A stretch of DNA of 64,000 bases from an uncultured Spirochaetia bacterium (GTDB taxonomy: Bacteria > Spirochaetota > UBA4802 > UBA5368): the NCBI GenBank assembly GCA_937877025.1, contig CALEGE010000002.1, forward strand, positions 41,189-105,188, in the 5' to 3' direction. The translations under genes were made by a program, and so were the position numbers. Below are positions 17,718 through 27,458 of the stretch, piece by piece; the stretch's first letter is position 1; each line of letters starts with the position of its first letter. The notes under the pieces were generated by a model that saw only the letters and a list, made by a program, of their open reading frames with translations, ran no database searches and had not been told where the DNA came from.

Positions 17718-19574
17718 TTGCAAGAATATTTCCCGGCATGTCGGCGCACAATGCAGCATTCAGATTATATAACAAAACATCGTCACTACATTGACAATCG
17801 AATCGCCGTTCTTTCTGGCTTTATCAACGAATCCGCGTGTGGCCGCATCGCTGACGACGGCGCCTCCGACACGCTGGTCGATTCACTGATAACAGCAATC
17901 ATGGGAGAATCTACTTTTCCCCAGACATGCGGACGGGAAGCGGCCGATGCGGTGTCAGAATTACGTCAGCTTGCCAGCCGATGGGATATCGCCGCTGACG
18001 GCGATATCATCGGCTATATATATCAGGGCATCAAAACACGGAACGCGAAAAAAAAACAGGGGCAGTTTTTTACGCCTGCCGATGTCGTTACGTACCTGAT
18101 TGACAGGGTAATTTCCCCGGATTGCGATATTGAATCGCTCAGACTGCTCGACCCCGCCTGCGGTTCGGGGCAGTTTCTCATGGCGGCGGTAAAACGGCTG
18201 ACCGCCATCTATTGCATGAAAGGCATCGGCATCAACGAAGCCGTCCGGTTAATCCTGTCACGCAATGTTTACGGGATCGATAACGACCCCATGGCAATCC
18301 GGATTGCGCGACATAATCTTTGCGCACTGACGGGGGGCGAGACCGGCGCCGCGGCAAATCTTTTTACTGCGGATTATCTCAACGATACCGCAATCCGGGC
18401 CGCGGATGACGGAAATAAATTCGATATTATTCTGGGCAACCCGCCATGGGGCTCGCGGTTTTCACCGGAAAAAAAGCGGGTACTGAAAAATCGGTTCCAA
18501 TGCGCCGCGTCAGGCGTCAACAGCTTCACGATGTTCATCGAACGCTCACTGGAGATGCTAACGACGCGCGGTACGCTGGCTTTTCTTATACCCGAGGCAT
18601 ACCTGAACATAAAAGCCCACACCGCATCGCGCCAGCAGGTGCTTCAGAACGCGCGGATCATCGATATCGCGCCCTGGGGAGAAAAATTCAAAGGAGTTTT
18701 CGCCCCCGCCGTTTCCCTGATCGTGCAGCGCGAACCGGATCAGCTCGAACGGTCGCGGCACATCGTGCAGATCCAGCATCCGGGAAAAGGGCGCGCCGCC
18801 ACGGCGACGCTCATTCCGCAAGAGCATTATTCGCACACGCCTCATTTAATTTTTAATATACATTATTCGCGTCGCGCCGTATCGCTCATCACAAAGATCG
18901 GCGACCAGGATTGTTTTTATCTCAAAGACCGGGCGCAGTTTTATCTCGGTGTCGTCACAGGGAATAATCCGAAATTTATACATACCCGGCAAACGGAGGA
19001 TTTTCCCGACCCCATTCTCATCGGCCGGGACATCGACCAGTATTCAATCCGATTCAGCGGGCATTACTTCAAGTACAATCCGGCCGCCCTGCAGCAGGTT
19101 GCATCCGGGGAGTACTACCGCGCAAAAAACAAACTGCTGTACAAGTTCATCGGCAAAAAACTTATATTTGCGCTCGACAGGAGCGGCTATTTTTCGTTGA
19201 ACAATGTCAACGGCATTATTCCCGCCGAAGTACCCCTTGAGCCGGAATGCCTTGTGGCGGTGCTTAATTCACACGTAATGCAGTATTTTTACGAAAAAAA
19301 TTTTTTTACCGTCAAGGTGCTGCGCGGTAATCTCGAAAAACTCCCGATAAAAAACATGCGGCTTGACTCGCGCAGTCTGCTGCTGCGGCACTCCCGCGCT
19401 CTAATCGACGCCGACGACCCGCACGCCGCACAGACGCACAGAGACGCGATCGAGGATATAATCTTTTATGAATACGGCATCAGGGACGGTGAGGCCGCCA
19501 TGATCCACGAAACAGCGTACAAGCCCGGTCAGGCAATATTTCAGGAAAACATCATCGGGGCTGGAATACAATAA
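17718..19574 (+). CDS. N6-adenine DNA methyltransferase, gamma class (TaqI/Eco57I-like) with C-terminal target-recognition domain
   Basis: Motif X GQFFTP, motif I LDPACGSGQFL, motif IV ILGNPPWG. About 330-aa C-terminal TRD. 17718 is a TTG; ATG at 17751 is the alternative start. Confidence 0.8.
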   Translation: MQEYFPACRRTMQHSDYITKHRHYIDNRIAVLSGFINESACGRIADDGASDTLVDSLITAIMGESTFPQTCGREAADAVSELRQLASRWDIAADGDIIGYIYQGIKTRNAKKKQGQFFTPADVVTYLIDRVISPDCDIESLRLLDPACGSGQFLMAAVKRLTAIYCMKGIGINEAVRLILSRNVYGIDNDPMAIRIARHNLCALTGGETGAAANLFTADYLNDTAIRAADDGNKFDIILGNPPWGSRFSPEKKRVLKNRFQCAASGVNSFTMFIERSLEMLTTRGTLAFLIPEAYLNIKAHTASRQQVLQNARIIDIAPWGEKFKGVFAPAVSLIVQREPDQLERSRHIVQIQHPGKGRAATATLIPQEHYSHTPHLIFNIHYSRRAVSLITKIGDQDCFYLKDRAQFYLGVVTGNNPKFIHTRQTEDFPDPILIGRDIDQYSIRFSGHYFKYNPAALQQVASGEYYRAKNKLLYKFIGKKLIFALDRSGYFSLNNVNGIIPAEVPLEPECLVAVLNSHVMQYFYEKNFFTVKVLRGNLEKLPIKNMRLDSRSLLLRHSRALIDADDPHAAQTHRDAIEDIIFYEYGIRDGEAAMIHETAYKPGQAIFQENIIGAGIQ

Positions 19575-20109
19575 ACATATCAATTACGTTATCGTTTTTA
19601 TCGTCGACGAGGGCGATCCCGCGTTTTTCGTACAGGTACATTCTGTCTGTCCCTCTGGGTATCACCTTCATGCCGTCGTTCCCGTAATGGAAAATAAAAT
19701 ACTCGATTCCATTGTTTAAATTCACGGACTCGTACGTGATTCTGAACCTCTCGAATCCGGCGACAGCGGTGACAACCCCATTGCGCAGAAACACGACCGC
19801 CCGCTTCGCTTCATAATAATACACGGTGTCAAACGCGATAGGCACAGCCGTCGCCTGCCCGAAGATATCCCTGAACACGTCCCCCGGCTTCTCTGTCCGA
19901 ACAACTTTTTCAGGATACCCCCTGTATTGCACCAGAGAGGCAATGCTTTCATTCAGTACAAAACCTTCCGCCCCCGCCCCCGGCGCGACCAGCATCGTAT
20001 CGGCCTTTATACGCGCCTCAAGGGCGCTATCGGGATTCATCCCCGTCAAAAGCCGCAGGAGCAGCACACAAAGTTGCATACTACCGATCATCGCATTATC
20101 CTGTACCAT
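19552..20109 (-). CDS. Hypothetical protein (185 aa), probably secreted
   Basis: ORF with hydrophobic N-terminus, convergent on the MTase gene; no motif recognised. Confidence 0.45.
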   Translation of the reverse strand: MVQDNAMIGSMQLCVLLLRLLTGMNPDSALEARIKADTMLVAPGAGAEGFVLNESIASLVQYRGYPEKVVRTEKPGDVFRDIFGQATAVPIAFDTVYYYEAKRAVVFLRNGVVTAVAGFERFRITYESVNLNNGIEYFIFHYGNDGMKVIPRGTDRMYLYEKRGIALVDDKNDNVIDMFIVFQPR

Positions 20110-20834
20110 AGGCGCCCGGGTGTTATTCGCATTAACCAGGCAATTATTCGCCAGCGACGGGATATATACCCATGATGTCTTTTTTTCTCGATATCACAGA
20201 GTATCTGCCGAGCCGCGGTTTCGGGTGTGGCAACCCAGAACAGGCCCTCGCCCTTTGCCATCTCCGTATCGATAAACCCGGGCTGGATTTCAGTGACAAA
20301 GACCGGTATTCCGCGTCGTCTGGCATTCTGCCGTAGAGAGTCCAGATACATCGATACAAACGCCTTTGAAGCGCCATACGCAGGGGCATCTGCGTCACCA
20401 CGGATGGCGGCAATCGACGATATCCCCACCAGGTGCCCCCTGTTCTGAGAATAAAAATATCGCATCGCGAAACACGCCATCGCGGCGAATCCGCGCACAT
20501 TGACATCTATGGTGTCGCGCTCGCCTTCCCATTCAAGTTCGGGATTAACAAAACCGGTACCCGCGGATATCACGGCGATATCCATGCCGCCCATTTCTCC
20601 AATCAACTCTTCCATCTTTGCAACGGCCTGCATACTGTCGCACACATCGAATGATTTTATAAATATTCTTTCGGGATTTTCAGCGTGAAGTTCTTGCAAC
20701 AGATGCTCGCGCCTCCCCGTTGCCCCCACAACACATCCGCGGCGCGCCATCTCCCTGGCAAGCGCCCGGCCGACACCGGACGATGCCCCGATAATAACCG
20801 CCCTCTTCACCGCCACACCACGTTCTTCTTTCAT
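20088..20834 (-). CDS. SDR family short-chain dehydrogenase/reductase
   Basis: VIIGASSGVGRALA Rossmann motif and the catalytic YxxxK region. Confidence 0.8.
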   Translation of the reverse strand: MKEERGVAVKRAVIIGASSGVGRALAREMARRGCVVGATGRREHLLQELHAENPERIFIKSFDVCDSMQAVAKMEELIGEMGGMDIAVISAGTGFVNPELEWEGERDTIDVNVRGFAAMACFAMRYFYSQNRGHLVGISSIAAIRGDADAPAYGASKAFVSMYLDSLRQNARRRGIPVFVTEIQPGFIDTEMAKGEGLFWVATPETAARQILCDIEKKRHHGYISRRWRIIAWLMRITPGRLWYRIMR

Positions 20835-20993
20835 GCGTTTTCCCGATATTACGTTACACTATATACGCCGGCGTACAAACACAATACAAATTCTCGTCCT
20901 GCATCAACGCGGTATCCCGCGCATGCGGCAACACCGGATACACGTTGATTCACGAGCATTATGTCGCATGCGCGCCGTAAAAACGCCACTCCC

Positions 20994-21704
20994 TCACCGC
21001 GCGCCGACATTCATTCTTTTTTCCAGTTTTTTTGATTCTCGTTTTATGATGGGATATCGTCGCGGGAATTCCATCGGGGTGTGCGCTATTTTTTTCACAA
21101 GCAGCCCCGCCCGGACATCCGGCAGGCCGCGCGCGGCGTCGAGCCGCACCACGCCGCCAAGCGTTTCAATATGGCCACCGAGCGAGGGGTCAAGCGACTC
21201 CGCACGGAGGCGTGAATAGACATACAGAAAACCGCCGACGCGCACGAGCGGAAGGCCAAGCTCCAGCACTTCGTACACAAATCCCATCGCGCGCGACACC
21301 ACAATATCGAACGACGCCCTGCCGCATTCCTCCGCGCAAACGTCTTCCGCCCGTGAACACCACACGGCGACATTCGACAGTCCCAGCGCATTCGACGCCA
21401 TCGCGATGAATCCCGCCTTCTTCTCATTCGATTCGATCAACACACACTCAATCTGGGGATACGCGATCGCGATCGGCATGCCCGGGATACCGGCGCCCGA
21501 CCCGATGTCGGCACACCGTGTTCCACGTGGAACATCCAATCCCCGCACCGGGACAAGGCTCCCCTCGACAAGAACCGAATATATCTCCTCAAGGCTCTTC
21601 AGCCCGGTCAGATTATACCGTGCATTTTCATCGTGCAGCAGCTGCGCGAACCGATACAGTTTTTCCCGTACATCCTGCCGCATGGCTGACTCCGCACCCT
21701 TCAT
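20994..21704 (-). CDS. rsmG: 16S rRNA (guanine527-N7)-methyltransferase RsmG (GidB)
   Basis: ADIGSGAGIPGMPIAI SAM motif; start ATG 1 nt after the mnmG stop. The longer ORF to 21779 overlaps mnmG. Confidence 0.85.
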   Translation of the reverse strand: MKGAESAMRQDVREKLYRFAQLLHDENARYNLTGLKSLEEIYSVLVEGSLVPVRGLDVPRGTRCADIGSGAGIPGMPIAIAYPQIECVLIESNEKKAGFIAMASNALGLSNVAVWCSRAEDVCAEECGRASFDIVVSRAMGFVYEVLELGLPLVRVGGFLYVYSRLRAESLDPSLGGHIETLGGVVRLDAARGLPDVRAGLLVKKIAHTPMEFPRRYPIIKRESKKLEKRMNVGAR

Positions 21705-21705
21705 G

Positions 21706-23634
21706 TTATCGCTCCTTTTCGTGATCCGTACCGAATGTTCCACGTGGAACATTCGGCCCTTTTCTGCGCATCGCTTCAAGGTGCACTATAAGCAGCGCGA
21801 CATCGGACGGATCGACCCCCGAAATACGCATCGCCTGCCCGACCGTTCGCGGACGCACGCGTTTTAATTTTTCCCTGGCTTCGTTTTTAAGGCCGGGTAT
21901 CCCGGCGTAATCGAGCGAGTCGGGTATTTCGCTCGACTCCATGCGCTCAACTTTCCGTATCCTCTCGACTTCCTTTTTTATATATCCCTCATACTTGATT
22001 TCCATTTCGACAACAGCCGCCGTTTCATCGTCCATGTCGCCACCAATGTGGGGCATTATATCCCATATCTTTATTTCCGGACGCTTGAGCAGCTTGGCCG
22101 CGCCCGCTTTCATTCCCTCTCTATATCCGCCCGAACCCCCTTTTATTTTTTCGTGCAGCGCGCCGTCGATGACGATCGACATCGTCTGGATTTCAGACAC
22201 CCGCTCCCGAATGCGGGAATACTTCTTCATCATTGCTTCATACCGCTGTTCGCTGACGAGGCCGTTTTCGTAGCCATACCGCATGCAGCGCTGGTCCGCA
22301 TTGTCCTGCCGCAACAGCAGGCGGTGCTCGGCGCGCGAGGTAAACATTCTATACGGCTCCTCCGTTCCCTTCGTAACGAGATCGTCGATGAGCACGCCAA
22401 TATACGACTCCGATCTTTTCAGTATAATCGGGTCCTTCCCCATAAGCTTTCTCGCGGCGTTGATTCCCGCAACCAGGCCCTGCCCCGCCGCCTCCTCGTA
22501 TCCCGACGTGCCATTGATCTGGCCCGCATGAAACAGTCCCTCAAGCCGCTTTGTCTCCAGTGACGGTTTCAGTTCTGTCGACGGCACATAATCGTACTCG
22601 ACCGCATAGGCGGGGCGCATCACCGCAACGTGCTCCAGTCCCGGCAGCGTGCGGATCATTTCAAGCTGCACATCTTCCGGCAGCGAGCTGGAGAACCCGT
22701 TGACATAGTATTCATTTGTCGCAAGCCCCTCGGGCTCGAGAAAAATCTGATGGCTCGATTTGTCCGCGAACCGCATCACCTTGTCCTCTACCGAGGGACA
22801 ATACCGCGCGCCGATCCCCTTTATCTTTCCCGAATACATGGGAGAGTGCAAAATATTCTTTCGTATTATCTCATGTGTCGCCGCGGTTGTCCGGGTTGTC
22901 CAGCACGGCACCTGCTGCATTGTTATCCTGTCTGTGCCGTATGAAAACGGGATGGGGTTTTCGTCCGGCAGCTGAATCTCGCACTGACTGAAATCGATTG
23001 AGTCGCCATTGACCCTTGGCGGCGTTCCTGTTTTCAAACGCTTCACAGGAAAGCCGAGCGACCTCAGCGAATCGGAAAGAAGTTCCGCCGAGAAATCGCC
23101 GAGGCGTCCGCAGTGTTCATTATACTCGCCAATATGAACCAGCCCCTTTAAAAACGTTCCCGTGCACAGCACGACCGCACCCGCCAGATGTGTCTGCCCG
23201 CGCCTGGTCAGCACGCCCGTAATTTTCCCGTTTTCAGCGAGAAGGCGTTCCGCGATGTCCTGTATAATCACCAGATTTTTCTGCTTCTCGAGCACCATCT
23301 TCATTCGGAGTTGATACGCTTTTTTATCCGCCTGCGCCCGCGGCGCCCATACCGCCGGGCCCTTCGACCTGTTCAGCATTTTAAAGTGAATGCCGGTCGC
23401 ATCCGTGGTAACCGCCATCTCGCCGCCAAGGGCGTCGATCTCCCGCACAATATGGCCCTTTGCAAGTCCGCCGATTGCGGGATTGCAGCTCATCTGGCAA
23501 ATCGTATCAATATTTCCCGTGAGCAACAACGTTGAAAAACCCATCCGTGCGGCCGCCAGCGATGCCTCAGCACCCGCGTGCCCGGCGCCAACAACAATGA
23601 TATCAAATTCCCGTATCATACAAAATGTATCCAA
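21706..23634 (-). CDS. mnmG: tRNA uridine 5-carboxymethylaminomethyl modification enzyme MnmG (GidA)
   Basis: [26 protein letters not shown] motif and conserved MnmG blocks throughout. Start could be 23616. Confidence 0.93.
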   Translation of the reverse strand: MDTFCMIREFDIIVVGAGHAGAEASLAAARMGFSTLLLTGNIDTICQMSCNPAIGGLAKGHIVREIDALGGEMAVTTDATGIHFKMLNRSKGPAVWAPRAQADKKAYQLRMKMVLEKQKNLVIIQDIAERLLAENGKITGVLTRRGQTHLAGAVVLCTGTFLKGLVHIGEYNEHCGRLGDFSAELLSDSLRSLGFPVKRLKTGTPPRVNGDSIDFSQCEIQLPDENPIPFSYGTDRITMQQVPCWTTRTTAATHEIIRKNILHSPMYSGKIKGIGARYCPSVEDKVMRFADKSSHQIFLEPEGLATNEYYVNGFSSSLPEDVQLEMIRTLPGLEHVAVMRPAYAVEYDYVPSTELKPSLETKRLEGLFHAGQINGTSGYEEAAGQGLVAGINAARKLMGKDPIILKRSESYIGVLIDDLVTKGTEEPYRMFTSRAEHRLLLRQDNADQRCMRYGYENGLVSEQRYEAMMKKYSRIRERVSEIQTMSIVIDGALHEKIKGGSGGYREGMKAGAAKLLKRPEIKIWDIMPHIGGDMDDETAAVVEMEIKYEGYIKKEVERIRKVERMESSEIPDSLDYAGIPGLKNEAREKLKRVRPRTVGQAMRISGVDPSDVALLIVHLEAMRRKGPNVPRGTFGTDHEKER

Positions 23635-23894
23635 CCATGATCAAAATATAATGCGACATAATTATGTACGCCGTTTCTCCATCACCCATTCCACAATGAA
23701 AGGGCATATTAATTATACAACATTTTTAGCTCGCGCTATACATTTTTCTTTTCACCAGGGCGGTATCGCGCCGCTATACCATTTGTTTTTCGATTGATTT
23801 TCCCTATGGACATGTCACTATTCATTCTATCTATGCGCATTCCGCGGTTTGCATGCCCATCTATTTTTCACGTTCTCTGCAGGAGGAGGATATC

Positions 23895-24425
23895 ATGACA
23901 TACTCGACAGCAGCGATACAGCATATACATATAAAAAAGGGAGACATTACCCGGGAGGACGTCGACGCCATCGTCAATGCGGCGAATCCATCACTTCTCG
24001 GCGGCGGCGGTGTCGACGGCGCCATACACCGCGCGGCCGGCCCCGGCCTTCTCGCCGAATGCAGAACCCTCGGCGGGTGCGCCCACGGGGAGGCTAAAAT
24101 CACAAAGGGATACAACCTGAAAGCCCGGCATGTTATACACACTCCCGGCCCCGTGTACCGCGACGGGAATCACGGCGAGAAAGAGATTCTCATCGGCTCA
24201 TACCGCAACTGCATGAAAATCGCAAAGGAGAACTCGCTGCTGTCAATCGCCTTTCCCGCAATTTCAACCGGCGTCTATGGCTATCCAAAACAGGAAGGAT
24301 GCAATGTCGCGCTCGGAACAGTCCTCGATTTTATGACGAGGGAAAATTATATCATTGATGTTTATTTCGTCTTATTCGATAATGAAAATTATAATATCTA
24401 TTTAAGCGAATTTGCAAAATTATAA
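23895..24425 (+). CDS. Macro domain protein (O-acetyl-ADP-ribose deacetylase-like)
   Basis: DAIVNAANPSLLGGGGVDGAIHRAAG and AFPAISTGVYGYP macro-domain signatures; AGGAGG RBS before the ATG at 23895. Confidence 0.8.
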   Translation: MTYSTAAIQHIHIKKGDITREDVDAIVNAANPSLLGGGGVDGAIHRAAGPGLLAECRTLGGCAHGEAKITKGYNLKARHVIHTPGPVYRDGNHGEKEILIGSYRNCMKIAKENSLLSIAFPAISTGVYGYPKQEGCNVALGTVLDFMTRENYIIDVYFVLFDNENYNIYLSEFAKL

Positions 24426-24445
24426 ACACACAGGTCACTGCAACT

Positions 24446-25294
24446 ATGAATTATATCGAAAAACTCCGCGCCTCATCAGATACGTTTCACTCGATTGTAT
24501 GTCTCGGCCTTGATCCGGTGCTCGCCGACATCCCGATACAAGACGGCGGGCCGCGGCAGCGGATATACAATTTTTACGAATCCATCTTAAACGCCCTGCT
24601 TCATAAAAAAATATATCCAGCGGCGGTAAAACCGAACTACGCGTTTTACGCGCAATACGGCCTTGAGGGAATAGCATGCTGCGCCGATGTGATTGCGCTC
24701 TACCGGAACGCAGGCCTTCCCGTAATCCTTGATGTGAAACGCGGCGATATCGGATCTACCGCCGACGCATACAGCCGTGAAGCGTTCGATTTTTTCAACG
24801 CCGACGCAGTCACCCTTTCGCCGTACATGGGGTACGATTCAATAGAGCCGTTTATTAAAAACTATCCCAGCAAGGGGTATTATATACTGAACAAAACATC
24901 GAACAAAAGTTCGGCCGATATACAGGATATCATGGTCGAAGGCAGGCCGATGTATCTGCATGTCGCGTCGAAAATTGCCGAATGGCACAAACCCGGTATC
25001 GGTGCGGTTGTCGGCGCCACATATCCCGAACAGCTCGGGCAGATCGCGGAGGTCTTCGTTGGCTCCGGCAAAGACATACCGCTGCTCATTCCGGGCGTCG
25101 GGACACAGGGCGGAAGCGTGAAGGACGTATGTAAGGAACTCACACGATTTTCCGATGTCCGGATACACAGGATTAATTCATCACGGGCCATCAATTACGC
25201 GTATAAAAAATACAGCGGCCTTCATTTCGCCGATGCCGCGGCCCAGGCGCTCAAAACGCTGAACGATGAAATAAATTCCCTTATTTTTCAATAA
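24446..25294 (+). CDS. pyrF: Orotidine 5'-phosphate decarboxylase (type 2)
   Basis: ILDVKRGDIGSTA catalytic Lys/Asp motif; long-form PyrF length. Confidence 0.85.
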   Translation: MNYIEKLRASSDTFHSIVCLGLDPVLADIPIQDGGPRQRIYNFYESILNALLHKKIYPAAVKPNYAFYAQYGLEGIACCADVIALYRNAGLPVILDVKRGDIGSTADAYSREAFDFFNADAVTLSPYMGYDSIEPFIKNYPSKGYYILNKTSNKSSADIQDIMVEGRPMYLHVASKIAEWHKPGIGAVVGATYPEQLGQIAEVFVGSGKDIPLLIPGVGTQGGSVKDVCKELTRFSDVRIHRINSSRAINYAYKKYSGLHFADAAAQALKTLNDEINSLIFQ

Positions 25295-25307
25295 AAAACG
25301 GCGCGCT

Positions 25308-27452
25308 ATGAATGAACAGAAAAAGGGCAGGCACACCGTACTCGTTGTTACCGCCACGCAGTCGGACGCCGCGCACATATGCGAAACGCTGGGGGAGGAT
25401 ACATACAACTTCATCACCGCCACCTCCGGCATCGACGCGCTGAGCAGCATCACATACCAGCTGCCGAGCATCATTATCTCCGAAGTCGATCTCCCGGGGA
25501 TGAACGGTCATGAGCTGTGCAAAAAAATACGAACCGGAATCAAAACCAAGCTCATCCCTTTTATATTCATATCCAACTCGGATACGGCTGACGACCGTAT
25601 CACCGCATTCCAGACGGGGGCGGATGCGTATCTTTCGAAACCTTTCAACACCGACGAGCTCCGCGCGCTTGTCGCTTCGAAAATTCAGATTTTCAACGAG
25701 TTCTATCAAATATCGATAACCGACGAACTGACGCGCCTTTATACCCGGCGTGAATTCATAAAACAGTTCAACACCGAAATTGAAAATTCACAAAACCAGG
25801 TTTCATCGCTGTGCATTATCGATCTTGACCATTTCAAAAAAATCAACGATACGTTCGGTCATCAGATGGGTGATCTCGTGCTGATGAAGTTCGCCGACAT
25901 CCTGAAAAGCCGCGCGTCCGATGCCTTTTTTCCCGCGCGTTTTGGCGGCGAGGAATTTGTCATTCTCATGCCGGGCACGGGCGCGACAGCCGCAAAAAAC
26001 ACCGTTGATTCGCTCCGATACGAATTTTCATCGCTGGAATTCCGCCACACCGTAGACGGCACGCCGTTCAATGTCAGCTTCAGCGCGGGCGTCGCCGAAT
26101 ATCCTTCCATGGCATCCAACATATCCGAATTGCTGTCCCGGGCCGACCAGGCGCTGTATACGGTAAAAAAAGAGGGGCGCGGCAAAACCTATATTTTCAG
26201 AGCTATCATGAGCAGGAACGACAGGTTCTGGGAATATCTGAAACCACACAGTGGAACCTTTGTCGAACCGGTCATGAACGACCCCGTGACAAAACTTCCG
26301 TTTCTTCCGCAAATACTCGAGCAGATACGAACCCTCGACTATGACGTCAAGAGCATCGGCATTCTCTTTATACGCGTTACTCCGTTATTCGACATTGACA
26401 AACTGCGGGGTATTAAAAACCTCTTTTACGATCTTGAGAACATAAAAAACATACTGCAATGGACGTTCGAAAACAGCCTGCCGTCTGATATGTACCTTGC
26501 CAAAAGCAGTTTCTTCGATCATGAATACGTCACACTTTTTCCGAGCATCGTCGACTTTTCCTATAATCTTCAAAAATTCAACGATGTCTGCAGAGACGTA
26601 TCGCTCGATCTATTCCTGTATATAATCAATTATTTCTTCGATATATCGTTTTCAAACGACATTATTTTTTACGACAGGAACAACCCCTACCATCTCCTTG
26701 ACGATATATCGGCGATTCGTGGAAGGATAAAACTATTAGACAACAAAAAAGACTTTTTTGTCAACATCATCAATTCAACACGCAACGCGGTTAACGACGA
26801 GGCCGCACTGGATCAAATGTTCGATTACAAATACTGCTACAGCCTCCATCCCTTCGAGCCTTCGTTCCAGTTTTTTACATCATCAAATTTTATCATTAAA
26901 ACAGATTTTACAGATATCCTTCTGAAAAAGATAGCGCCCTCGGCCGGCGATTTTGATCGTTTTGCACGGCTGCTTTCAGACTCGTTCAACGGGTCGCCGA
27001 CGCTTCCCCTTCTTTTCCAATGGGTCCCTGCCATAGATCTTCAGGAGTATATCAATATCGTTCATGCGCATTTTCGGAACAGGGAAACCATCGTTCTGAT
27101 AAATGAAAAACAATTTGAGAATATCCGCATCGAACACATCAACCAGGTTGTTGAAGCGCTCCCCGAATGTATATCGCTCGGCCTCGACAACTGCTACATC
27201 GGCAATACCATTCTTAATTTGCTCTCCACGGTTGATTTCAGGGTGGCGCTTTTTTCGGAAAATATAATCCGAAATATACATCGATTCCCCGAGCGGATAA
27301 AAATTATTAACGGCCTTAAACTATTTGCCGATCAGGTGGGGCTGCCGATTATCGCGAAGAATATTCTTATAGAAGAAGAGTTTCAGATTCTCAAGGATCT
27401 TAAAATTTCACACGCATCAGGGCCGTACATGGACTCGCTTCTGCACAAATGA
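25308..27452 (+). CDS. Response-regulator receiver + GGDEF diguanylate cyclase + degenerate EAL domain protein
   Basis: REC (SEVDLPGMNGHELCKKIR), GGDEF with RxxD I-site and GGEEF. C-terminal approximately 250 aa align to EAL topology but lack the catalytic residues (NEK for EAL, LDNCYIG for DDFGTG, IIAKNILIEE for AEGVE). Confidence 0.85.
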   Translation: MNEQKKGRHTVLVVTATQSDAAHICETLGEDTYNFITATSGIDALSSITYQLPSIIISEVDLPGMNGHELCKKIRTGIKTKLIPFIFISNSDTADDRITAFQTGADAYLSKPFNTDELRALVASKIQIFNEFYQISITDELTRLYTRREFIKQFNTEIENSQNQVSSLCIIDLDHFKKINDTFGHQMGDLVLMKFADILKSRASDAFFPARFGGEEFVILMPGTGATAAKNTVDSLRYEFSSLEFRHTVDGTPFNVSFSAGVAEYPSMASNISELLSRADQALYTVKKEGRGKTYIFRAIMSRNDRFWEYLKPHSGTFVEPVMNDPVTKLPFLPQILEQIRTLDYDVKSIGILFIRVTPLFDIDKLRGIKNLFYDLENIKNILQWTFENSLPSDMYLAKSSFFDHEYVTLFPSIVDFSYNLQKFNDVCRDVSLDLFLYIINYFFDISFSNDIIFYDRNNPYHLLDDISAIRGRIKLLDNKKDFFVNIINSTRNAVNDEAALDQMFDYKYCYSLHPFEPSFQFFTSSNFIIKTDFTDILLKKIAPSAGDFDRFARLLSDSFNGSPTLPLLFQWVPAIDLQEYINIVHAHFRNRETIVLINEKQFENIRIEHINQVVEALPECISLGLDNCYIGNTILNLLSTVDFRVALFSENIIRNIHRFPERIKIINGLKLFADQVGLPIIAKNILIEEEFQILKDLKISHASGPYMDSLLHK

Positions 27453-27458
27453 TTCGTA

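Noticed and set aside
17705-17770. Alternative short ORF MIICKNISRHVGAQCSIQII at the MTase 5' end
   Set aside because: It is out of frame with the MTase motif-bearing frame and 20 codons long. It reflects start-codon ambiguity (TTG 17718 vs ATG 17751) rather than a separate gene.
19552-20109. Candidate restriction endonuclease partner for the N6A methyltransferase
   Set aside because: The 185-aa convergent ORF has a hydrophobic N-terminus and no PD-(D/E)xK, HNH or GIY-YIG signature recognisable by eye, so I treat the MTase as solitary. A fold search could still overturn this.
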